Assembly (NCBI GenBank): GCA_032718475.1 | Contig: JAUCBJ010001839.1 | Coordinates: 1 to 64,000 of the forward strand | DNA: 64,000 nt | DNA from: Nemertoderma westbladi | Taxonomy: Eukaryota; Animalia; Xenacoelomorpha | Reading direction: 5' to 3' | Part shown: positions 24,701-36,700 of the stretch, piece by piece | How positions within the stretch are numbered: position 1 is the first letter of the stretch | How the letters are laid out: each line of letters starts with the position of its first letter | Notes under the pieces: generated by a model | What the model saw: only the letters and a program-made list of their open reading frames with translations | Told to the model about the DNA's origin: nothing | Database searches by the model: none | Translations under genes and position numbers: made by a program

Positions 24701-27700
24701 CTGATTTAAGTTTTGATGCTTCTTATCTAAGTTCACAGGCAAAGCATCCTATAGTTGGTGATGCTAAGTACCTCAATAAGGTAATTCGTAAAGCCAAACA
24801 ATCATTAGCTGCTGGTCTGCAATTTGATACTACCTACTTTAAACCTTCAAGTGCAGCATTAGCAGTATTTACAGATGCTTCACTTGGTAATGCAGTTGGT
24901 TTCTCTTCTCAAGGTGGATATATGATATTTTTAGCTACAGTAAACAATGGTCAAGAAACAAGCAACTGTTCCACCCAATCATCATATCCATTTGGAGAGG
25001 TTCAGTTGAATGGTTTATTGACATGGAAATCTGCTAAAGTTTGACGGGTTGTTAAATCTACATTAGCTGCAGAAACCTTGGCATGTGTAGACGGTGTTGA
25101 GGAGGCAATTTTCGTATCGAAAATTATTGAAAACATTATTGATGTTTCTATACCGATAATTTGTTACACCGACAACAAATCATTACATACAGCAATTCAA
25201 ACCACTAATGTACTCCGTGATAAGCGTTTAATGATCGAAATGGGAATACTAAGAGAACTATTCGAACTTGGTCGCGTGTCATTTAAATTGGTTGCAGGAA
25301 CTAACCAATTGGCTGATTGTTTAACAAAGAAGGATGTGAGAAAGAAGTTCGAGATCAAAGAAAACTATATGTAACAATAACTGATTATATACAAACTATG
25401 ATTTTATGCAACAATTATTACAACAAACTTTAATTTAAAAAAATGAGGGGAGATTGTGAGTACTGCAGTATTATGCTTGTGTTTGTTTGTGCCTACTGTA
25501 TTGTTGTGAGTTAGTTAGGTTGGTGACTGGTGAATATGTATTGCATTGTGCACGTGCTGATAGCAGTAAAGTTTAGTTATTAAAATACAGCAATAAGTTT
25601 AATGTTTAAAATGAGTTCTAATTCTAACATTTACATCGATCTTACTAAATCAGGAATGGGTCCATTCGAATCGCAATGGTCGATTTAGTGTGTGTATATT
25701 AATTATAGACACCGTTAAAACAATAAGAGCGCATACATTTATTAATTTATACGCATCCAAAACAGGTGTAATAGCTCCGATGATACATTCTACATTGATT
25801 TATAATCTTCACCTACCTCCACATCTGTGTGGATTGGTTGTTGGTGAGTATCCTGGTCTACAATCACATTCGTAGCTTCCTGGTGTGTTTCTACATTCAG
25901 TAGTCGCGTCATCACAAGCGTCAGTACCATCGGAACATTCGTCTATATCTGTGAACAGATACGTTTAAATACAATATAGGAGAAAAATAAGTTATTTAAT
26001 ATGGAAATAAGGTGGAATTTGCACATCAATTTTCCGTGATGCTGTAGTTATACACGTACCATCACAATTAACTCCGTCTCCAGAATAACCGGTGTGACAA
26101 TTACAAGTAAATCCACCATCGTTATTGTTGCAGTCAGCGTTGGTATCGCAGTTGTGGGTTCCGTCGCTGCATTCATTATCGTCTGAAACAGAAATATAAA
26201 TTCATCAAAATATTATTCTGCATGAGAGATAGAATACATTACAATTATAACAATTTACAATTATTATTATAAAATAGATAACAATCTCACCATCACAGTT
26301 TACTCCGTCGCCATGGTAGCCGTTATTACAGTTACATTCAAAGCTTCCTGCAGTGTTGGTACAGGTCGCATCGTCATCGCAGTTATGGGAACCATCGGTA
26401 CATTCATCGTCATCTGTAAACAATTCAGGAGATAGTTAGTCGTGTACGGTACTTTGTTCCAATAGTTGGGTACTTTGTTCCAATAGTTGGGTACTGTGTT
26501 CCAATAGTTGCGAACTTTTGCTCAAATAGTTGCGAACTTTGTTCCAATAGTTACAAATTTGTTCCAATAGTTGCGAACTTTGTTCCAATAGTTGGGAACT
26601 TTGTTCCAATAGTTGCGAACATTGTTCCAATAGTTGGGAACTTTGTTCCAATAGTTGCGAACTTTGTTCCAATAGCTGCGATATTTGTTCCAATAGTTGC
26701 GAACTTTGTTCACGTAGTTGCGAACTATGTTGCAATAGTTGCGAACTTTGTTACAATAGTTGCAAACTTTTGTTCCAGTATTTGCGAACTTTTTTCCAAT
26801 AGTTGCGAACTTTGTTCAAGTAGTTGCGAACTTTGTTGAAGTAATTGCAAAATTTGTTTCAATAGTTACGACTTTTGTTCAAGTAGTTGCAAACTATGTT
26901 GCAATAGTTGCGAACTTTGTTTCAATTAGTTGCGAACTTTGTTCCAATAGTTGGGAACTTTGTTCCAATAGTTGCGAACTTTGTTCCAATAGCTGCGATA
27001 TTTGTTCCAATAGTTGCGAACTTTGTTCCAATAGTTACGAACTATTGTTCCAGTATTTGCGAACTTTGTTCCAATAGTTGCGAACTTTGTTGAAGTAGTT
27101 GCAAACTATGATTCAATAGTTGCGATCTTTGTTGAAGTAAGTGCAAAATTTGTTTCAAAACTTGCGACTTTTGTTCAAGTACTTGCGAACTATGTTCCAA
27201 TAGTTTCGAACTTTGTTCCAATAGTTACGAACTTTTGTTCCAGTATTTGCGAACTTTGTTCCAATAGTTGCGAACTTTGCTCAAGTAGTTGAGAACTATG
27301 ATTCAATAGTTGCGAACTTTGTTGAAGTAATTGCAAAATTTGTTTCAATAGTTGCGACTTTCGTTCAAGTAGTTGCGAACTATGTTCCAATAGTTGCGAT
27401 CTTTGTTGAAGTAAGTGCAAAATTTGTTTCAAAACTTGCGACTTTTGTTCAAGTACTTGCGAACTTTGTTCACGTAGTTGCGAACTATGTTGCAATAGTT
27501 GCGAACTTTGTTACAATAGTTGCGAACTTTTGTTCCAGTATTTGCGAACTTTGTTCCAATAGTTTCGAACTTTGTTCAAGTAATTGCGAAATTTGCTCCA
27601 ACAGATGCGAACTTTGTTCAAATAGTTGCGAACTATGTTGCAATAGTTGCGAACTTTGTTCCAATCGTTGCGAACTATGTTGCAATAGTTGCGAACTTTG

Positions 27701-30700
27701 TTTCAATCAGTTGCGAACTTTGTTCCAATAGTTGGGAACTTTGTTCCAATAGTTGCGAACTTTGTTCCAATAGCTGCGATATTTGTTCCAATAGTTGCGA
27801 ACTTTGTTCACGTAGTTGCGAACTATGTTGCAATAGTTGCTAACTTTGTTACAATAGTTGCGAACTTTTGTTCCAGTATTTGCGAACTTTGTTCCAATAG
27901 TTTCGAACTTTGTTCAAGTAATTGCGAAATTTGCTCCAATAGATGCGAACTTTGTTCAAGTAGTTGCGAACTATGTTGCAATAGTTGCGAACTATGTTAC
28001 AATAGTTGCGAACTTTTGTTCCAGTATTTGAGATCTTTGTTCCGATAGTTGCGAACTTTGTTCAAGTAGTTGCGAACTATGTTGCAATAGTTGCGAACTT
28101 TGTTACAATTGTTACGAACTTTTGTTCCAGTATTTGCGAACTTTGTTCCAATAGTTGCGAACTTTGTTCCAATAGCTGCGATATTTGTTCCAATAGTTGC
28201 GAACTTTGTTCACGTAGTTGCGAACTATGTTGCAATAGTTGCGAACTATGTTACAATAGTTGCGAACTTTTGTTCCAGTATTTGAGAACTTTGTTCCGAT
28301 AGTTGCGAACTTTGTTCAAGTAGTTGCGAACTATGATTCAATAGTTGCGAACTTTGTTGAAGTAATTGCAAAATTTGTTTCAATAGTTGCGACGTTTGTT
28401 CAACTAGTTGCGAACTATGTTCCAATAGTTTCGATCTTTGTTCCAATAGTTGCGAACTTTGTTCCAATAGCTGCGATATTTGTTCCAATAGTTGCGAACT
28501 TTGTTCACGTAGTTGCGAACTATGTTGCAATAGTTGCGAACTTTGTTACAATTGTTACGAACTTTTGTTCCAGTATTTGCGAACTTTGCTCCAATAGTTT
28601 CGAACTTTGTTCAAGTAATTGCGAAATTTGCTCCAATAGATGCGAACTTTGATCAAGTAGTTGCGAACTATGTTGCAATAGTTGCGAAATTTGCTCCAAT
28701 AGTTGCGAACTATGTTTCAATAGCTGCGATATTTGTTCAAATAGTTGCGAACTTTGTCCCAATAGTTGCGAACTTTGTTCCAATAGCTGCGATATTTGTT
28801 CCAATAGTTGCTAACTCTGTTCAAGTAATTGCGAACTATGTTGCAATAGTTGCGAACTTTGTCCAATAGTTGCGAACTTTGTTCATGTAGTTGCGAACTT
28901 TGTTCAAGAAATTGCGAAATTTGTTTCAATAGTTGCGACGTTTGTTCAACTAGTTGCGAACTATGTTCCAATAGTTTCGATCTTTGTTCCAATAGTTGCG
29001 AACTTTGTTCCAATAGCTGCGATATTTGTTCCAATAGTTACGACTTTTGTTCAAGTAGTTGCAAACTATGTTGCAATAGTTGCGAACTTTGTTTCAATTA
29101 GTTGCGAACTTTGTTCCAATAGTTGGGAACTTTGTTCCAATAGTTGCGAACTTTGTTCCAATAGTTACGAACTATTGTTCCAGTATTTGCGAACTTTGTT
29201 CCAATAGTTGCGAACTTTGTTGAAGTAGTTGCAAACTATGATTCAATAGTTGCGATCTTTGTTGAAGTAAGTGCAAAATTTGTTTCAAAACTTGCGACTT
29301 TTGTTCAAGTACTTGCGAACTATGTTCCAATAGTTTCGAACTTTGTTCCAATAGTTACGAACTTTTGTTCCAGTATTTGCGAACTTTGTTCCAATAGTTG
29401 CGAACTTTGCTCAAGTAGTTGAGAACTATGATTCAATAGTTGCGAACTTTGTTGAAGTAATTGCAAAATTTGTTTCAATAGTTGCGAACTTTGTTTCAAT
29501 TAGTTGCGAACTTTGTTCCAATAGCTGCGATATTTGTTCCAATAGTTGCGAACTTTGTTCCAATAGTTACGAACTATTGTTCCAGTATTTGCGAACTTTG
29601 TTCCAATAGTTGCGAACTTTGTTGAAGTAGTTGCAAACTATGATTCAATAGTTGCGATCTTTGTTGAAGTAAGTGCAAAATTTGTTTCAAAACTTGCGAC
29701 TTTTGTTCAAGTACTTGCGAACTATGTTCCAATAGTTTCGAACTTTGTTCCAATAGTTACGAACTTTTGTTCCAGTATTTGCGAACTTTGTTCCAATAGT
29801 TGCGAACTTTGCTCAAGTAGTTGAGAACTATGATTCAATAGTTGCGAACTTTGTTGAAGTAATTGCAAAATTTGTTTCAATAGTTGCGACTTTCGTTCAA
29901 GTAGTTGCGAACTATGTTCCAATAGTTGCGATCTTTGTTGAAGTAAGTGCAAAATTTGTTTCAAAACTTGCGACTTTTGTTCAAGTACTTGCGAACTTTG
30001 TTCACGTAGTTGCGAACTATGTTGCAATAGTTGCGAACTTTGTTACAATAGTTGCGAACTTTTGTTCCAGTATTTGCGAACTTTGTTCCAATAGTTTCGA
30101 ACTTTGTTCAAGTAATTGCGAAATTTGCTCCAACAGATGCGAACTTTGTTCAAATAGTTGCGAACTATGTTGCAATAGTTGCGAACTTTGTTCCAATCGT
30201 TGCGAACTATGTTGCAATAGTTGCGAACTTTGTTTCAATCAGTTGCGAACTTTGTTCCAATAGTTGGGAACTTTGTTCCAATAGTTGCGAACTTTGTTCC
30301 AATAGCTGCGATATTTGTTCCAATAGTTGCGAACTTTGTTCACGTAGTTGCGAACTATGTTGCAATAGTTGCTAACTTTGTTACAATAGTTGCGAACTTT
30401 TGTTCCAGTATTTGCGAACTTTGTTCCAATAGTTTCGAACTTTGTTCAAGTAATTGCGAAATTTGCTCCAATAGATGCGAACTTTGTTCAAGTAGTTGCG
30501 AACTATGTTGCAATAGTTGCGAACTATGTTACAATAGTTGCGAACTTTTGTTCCAGTATTTGAGATCTTTGTTCCGATAGTTGCGAACTTTGTTCAAGTA
30601 GTTGCGAACTATGTTGCAATAGTTGCGAACTTTGTTACAATTGTTACGAACTTTTGTTCCAGTATTTGCGAACTTTGTTCCAATAGTTGCGAACTTTGTT

Positions 30701-33700
30701 CCAATAGCTGCGATATTTGTTCCAATAGTTGCGAACTTTGTTCACGTAGTTGCGAACTATGTTGCAATAGTTGCGAACTATGTTACAATAGTTGCGAACT
30801 TTTGTTCCAGTATTTGAGAACTTTGTTCCGATAGTTGCGAACTTTGTTCAAGTAGTTGCGAACTATGATTCAATAGTTGCGAACTTTGTTGAAGTAATTG
30901 CAAAATTTGTTTCAATAGTTGCGACGTTTGTTCAACTAGTTGCGAACTATGTTCCAATAGTTTCGATCTTTGTTCCAATAGTTGCGAACTTTGTTCCAAT
31001 AGCTGCGATATTTGTTCCAATAGTTGCGAACTTTGTTCACGTAGTTGCGAACTATGTTGCAATAGTTGCGAACTTTGTTACAATTGTTACGAACTTTTGT
31101 TCCAGTATTTGCGAACTTTGCTCCAATAGTTTCGAACTTTGTTCAAGTAATTGCGAAATTTGCTCCAATAGATGCGAACTTTGATCAAGTAGTTGCGAAC
31201 TATGTTGCAATAGTTGCGAAATTTGCTCCAATAGTTGCGAACTATGTTTCAATAGCTGCGATATTTGTTCAAATAGTTGCGAACTTTGTCCCAATAGTTG
31301 CGAACTTTGTTCCAATAGCTGCGATATTTGTTCCAATAGTTGCTAACTCTGTTCAAGTAATTGCGAACTATGTTGCAATAGTTGCGAACTTTGTCCAATA
31401 GTTGCGATATTTGTTCCAATAGTTGCGAACTTTGTTCACGTAGTTGCGAACTATGTTGCAATAGTTGCGAACTATGTTACAATAGTTGCGAACTTTTGTT
31501 CCAGTATTTGAGAACTTTGTTCCGATAGTTGCGAACTTTGTTCAAGTAGTTGCGAACTATGATTCAATAGTTGCGAACTTTGTTGAAGTAATTGCAAAAT
31601 TTGTTTCAATAGTTGCGACGTTTGTTCAACTAGTTGCGAACTATGTTCCAATAGTTTCGATCTTTGTTCCAATAGTTGCGAACTTTGTTCCAATAGCTGC
31701 GATATTTGTTCCAATAGTTGCGAACTTTGTTCACGTAGTTGCGAACTATGTTGCAATAGTTGCGAACTTTGTTACAATTGTTACGAACTTTTGTTCCAGT
31801 ATTTGCGAACTTTGCTCCAATAGTTTCGAACTTTGTTCAAGTAATTGCGAAATTTGCTCCAATAGATGCGAACTTTGATCAAGTAGTTGCGAACTATGTT
31901 GCAATAGTTGCGAAATTTGCTCCAATAGTTGCGAACTATGTTTCAATAGCTGCGATATTTGTTCAAATAGTTGCGAACTTTGTCCCAATAGTTGCGAACT
32001 TTGTTCCAATAGCTGCGATATTTGTTCCAATAGTTGCTAACTCTGTTCAAGTAATTGCGAACTATGTTGCAATAGTTGCGAACTTTGTCCAATAGTTGCG
32101 AACTTTGTTCTAGTAGTTGCGAACTTTGTTCATGTAGTTGCGAACTTTGTTCAAGAAATTGCGAAATTTGCTCCAAAGACACCCAAACCCGAACCTGGTT
32201 TTCTAATGAGTATCATATCGACATAATAACAACATATTATGATTAGGAATTCAGGACTATTTCCTTCAGTGTTGTAGTTTAGCACTTTAGAATACAGAGC
32301 GATGTGAGACGCACGAGGCGAGATCCGAGACGTATAGTGTAGATGGCCTAATAAGGTGATGATGGATCGCTCTTTATAGAGAATAGAGAAGTTTTGTCCT
32401 TATAACCTTATCATTCCTTTATCACACAGATGAAGTCTGAAAGTACCTATTTGGAAATTGCTACACTCTGCCGGCATCTTTACCAATTAAGAAAAGACAT
32501 CCACTATGTTGATTACTGGTCAGTCTGTTTAACTGGCCAATTAGCACAGATGTGTTTCTTCTAAAAGTACCGAACTACTTCCTGATGCCCAACACTTTAT
32601 TATTATCTGTTTATTTATTTCAATTGCGCCTCTCGGCATAAAATAATGTACTGAACTAATGTAAAATAAATAAATACGATTAATGTATGTAAAATGTATT
32701 TAGTAGTAATTTAAAATATGATAAATTCGTTTGGGACTAGTTTAAAATTGGAGTGAGTTTAATATTGGGACGCATCAATCAGTCGAAGCTGTCGAGAAAA
32801 CTCAGACCATGAGGTTTTATTAGGAGCCCGCTCGACAGGCGGGATACTTCTGTAAAAATCTGCGCTGTAAAAATCTCAGGATATATAACACTGACTGACT
32901 GACTGACTGATAATTATCAAGGTTCAGGCACTTCCTGCCCGGCGATTTTGTTGAAATTTTAAAAGTAAATTGCTTTGGTGGTTCATAATCGCGTTACAAA
33001 ATATTAGATCGATTCTATGTGTGGTATTCGATATATTTAGTTTTTTGACATTATTTTGTCGCGAAATTAACAGCAATGGTAAAATAACAACTCCTGCCTG
33101 AGCTGCAGCAGCTAGCTGTGGAGTAGGAACGGTGGATTGCAGGGCTGTATGAGATAGAATTCCATCCAGGCAGAATTTCTTGACTTTGACTTTCTTGCCT
33201 TTGCCTTGTAGGAGCAGCGCTGCTGGCTATGTCTACACTTCCTTATCAGCTCTCAAGTATAGACAGAAAATAGTTGAGTTGTCAATAAACATAATAAAAT
33301 ATACAACTGCAGTAGGATTATATTATTATTCCACGAATCATTGGGCTGATTATTTTGTATAGGATATATGTAGAAAGTTCTTAAAAATAATATTCTTATT
33401 TTTATTATTACATAGGATTAGCATCATTTTTTAGCTGAAGCATTAATAGTGCAAATTAATTTAATTATATTTTAATACCATTACTACATTGGCATAAGAT
33501 AAGTTTTAACATTTCTAACAAATATTATAAAACTCAATAGTGTTGCGAGCATAAAACTCAAATCACGCAAATTTAAAAGAACCGGGTGTGTTGTCATAAT
33601 ATCTATTATTATTATTCTGCTTGACTGGATCTGGGTGCAGATTTGCTTTTGGGACGGGGTGCTGATTGAAAGGGGGGTTGAAGGGGGAACTGTCCCCCCT

Positions 33701-36700
33701 TTTCACTTTGACTGATTTGCGGTTTTGTTAAATTTCTTGGATATAGTTGTTGTGATGCTAAAATTTAATTTGTCTTTGATAATGTATTATTTTGTTTAAT
33801 ATTGTTTAGACCATCAATTTTCATAATATTAGTTGAGTTTTTGTTTATACATTTGCTCTATAATATATTATATAATTTGTATTTATTCAAAAAATTGAAT
33901 GAAACTGTTATCACTATTATTATCTTACTAGAACTACTGACACTAATGTGGAACAGCTAGGATATTTGGGCTTTGTTTGTGTTTTAGTTTCAGTAACTAT
34001 AGCTACCCCTTTCTATTGTTAGTTTTGTTCTATAATGCAGCATTGGTTGATTGCCTTAGTAGCCGGTGGTGTTGAAATATTCGTATGGAAATGGAGTCTG
34101 CATTTGTAATATAGGGTGGTTCTAGGGTGGGTTCAGGGTCATCACTTGCTCGGTGTCCTGGTTGTGCTTCATGGGCATTTTTTTCATAAATATTCGGTAA
34201 TCTTATATCTTGTAAACGTGCTTGATATTGAAATTATTTGCTTCATATTATATTTTTGTTAGTGGTAGCAAAGTTTAATTTTTTATTATGTGGGACAATC
34301 CACAAAGTCAGCTAGCCTCACGCCTTACAGTTTACACAATTGTTTAGTTTAGGCCTATTTACTAGGCCTAGAGCTGACTGACATAGTTCATTTGTAATAG
34401 TCTTGGCTAGGATTCCCCCCCCCCCCCCCGGGCTCCTTCCAGCCAACTTGCTGGCTTTCTAGTTATTTATTTATTTATTAACGTAAAACCAGTTAGACTG
34501 GCACGATGTCAAGTAAAAATGGGTATGTCCCCTAAATGCATCAAAAGTAAAATATTGCTGACATTAAATAAATCAACCCACATATGCTTATTCACATTAT
34601 AAAGGCTGGGTCTAACAGAGATGAAAGATAATTATTGAGATCGATTATAACACACTAATTGTATATTGAATAGCAGGAATGGTTGGTCATGTAATGATAG
34701 GCCTAAAGTGGGGGTAAACGCTACGCCTACACTTACACCTACACCCACACCTATACAGGTTAGTAAAGAAGCAGGTTACAGAGGCGAGTTGAAATGAACC
34801 AAAACAATAAACTAGGGATAGGGTCATAATTTAATTGTGAATCAGCAGTTTGAGGATCAACAGTCAGATGTATTGGCTTACGGGCAGGCCGGTACATAGG
34901 TGTAAGTGTAGGCGTAACGTTTACCCCCAGTTAAAGTACTGCAGAATAAGATTATGCTTTTCCGTGAAGGAAATTGATGGCGTTCTGTAACAGTTTGTTA
35001 TAAAACAGGACGACGCAGTATCGGACGCAGTAGGATTGCACCGATCCAATCTGTATACCATGTTCTTTTTATGATATTTGGAGGTATGTAGAGACATCAG
35101 GGACGGAAAAGGAAAGTCACGATTAGCCCGACTGTATGGACTACCGATTCCCTTATACTGAATGATATCCTTATTAAACTCAAGCAATGTATGGAGAATA
35201 TTGTGCAGTGGGGAGTTGGGACAGTCATTTATACGCATAATTGTGCCGAGAGCTAGTTTCAAAGCTTCAGTTGAGAAATAATTGCAGTTGAAAATGTTGT
35301 TAATAACTGAGTTGTTTGCGTATGATCCCACACTCAATAACCCCCGTAGATGTTATCGATATGAACGTCCAACTTCTCAATTTCGTTGCTATTCAGGGAC
35401 CCTATATAAAATCGTGCACTATAAAGCATGCCTGGGAGGGCTATACAGTTCCAAAGAATTGACAAAGTACTCGCATCTAATCGATGAATTGTCCAGCTCC
35501 TCCTGTGGAAACTGTCAGCAATGGCGGTGATATACACCGCCAATATCAACCATTTTTACAATATCTGACACTGATGTAGCCAGTAGCAGTAGGTCATCAG
35601 CATAGTTTATTGCACCAAGCCAGTTATTCAATATGCAACATCCAAACCCAGTCTTCCAACCTATTCATAACGTCTGCAATGTATGTATTGAATAGGACAG
35701 GTTAGAGAATCGACCCCTTTTTGACGCCTTTATGGACTGCGAAACCAATTCCTTCAATTGAGTCATCAAACTTGAGATTTCCACAGTTTTACAGTAATAA
35801 TCAAGTAGGGTTAAACAATCACATGGATTGAGTCGACCACTAAGTTTCCTAAAATATACCATTAATTTTCACTCAGCAAGCTGTGTCTTAGTCGAGCAAC
35901 CAGTTTTTTCGCTTCTTTAAAGAGCTTGTGCTTGTTTATCTTTGTGTCTTCCTGTTTTTCGTCCTGCGACGTCTCCCTTAATCTCTCTCCCTTAATTGTG
36001 GGGTCAAATGTAGTAACACTGAACAGTCAGGCCTTAACTAAGGCTTTAATAAACTATAAGAACTGCACTACATACAGTCATACAGACTGGCGTACCGGTA
36101 GAACACAAGGTATATGAAGCACTAACATATCATACACATCATTCTCAGCCACCAAAAAAAATTTTCACACATACCGAAATTCAAAAACATATTCTAAGAG
36201 TTCCTAGAACATGGAGTTTTGTAAAAATATTACGTGACATGAAAAATTAATAAATTCTCAGGTGAGTCTTGAACATAATATCATTGTCTAATAGAAATAA
36301 TCTGGGCTGCGGCGATTACGTTTGGATCGGCGATAAACTGTTTCAAAACCACCGGACGCTTCTTCGCGTGAAGGTTGAGGACTCGGAATCGGAGTTGGAT
36401 TGGCTTCTTCAATAGGGCTCACTTCTCCACTATTCACCGGGACATTCATAGGCTGCAAATCAGTCTCAGCTTCTTGCGATGAACTCTGGTTACACGGCGG
36501 AGCAGATTCTCCACTTTGTTCTAGAACACTATCAGAACGTTCAGAACCGCATGGGGCCAAGTGTCTGATTGAAACGGTTGTCTCAAGACCATCTGGATAA
36601 CGTACATGGGCGTACTGAGGGTTGGCCTGAAGCAACTCAACCTCATCCACGAGTGGATCATTCTTAGTTGAGCGAACATAACGCTTGAGCAAGACAGGAC

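Larger units (their letters stand above)
20861..25629 (+). mobile_element. Two-LTR Ty1/copia retrotransposon (GalEa-like), coding region disrupted
   Basis: 175-bp TG..CA LTRs, 5-bp TSD tttac, PBS tggtagcagagc, PPT before 3' LTR; order gag(CCHC)-PR(LDSG)-IN-RT(HVDD)-RH(ADCLTK); empty site near 44070. Confidence 0.95.

Noticed and set aside
26451-32176. Possible CRISPR array
   Set aside because: Head-to-tail monomers with no unique spacers, no cas genes, and a spliced eukaryotic context.
26436-32182. Many ORFs with LLEQSSQ, VANFVPI or CELCSNS heptads that look like coiled-coil or metallothionein-like proteins (also 44946-47023, 50578-50950)
   Set aside because: Translations of a 21-bp satellite; frequent 20/22-bp units shift frame, several frames on both strands are open, and no splice signals delimit them.
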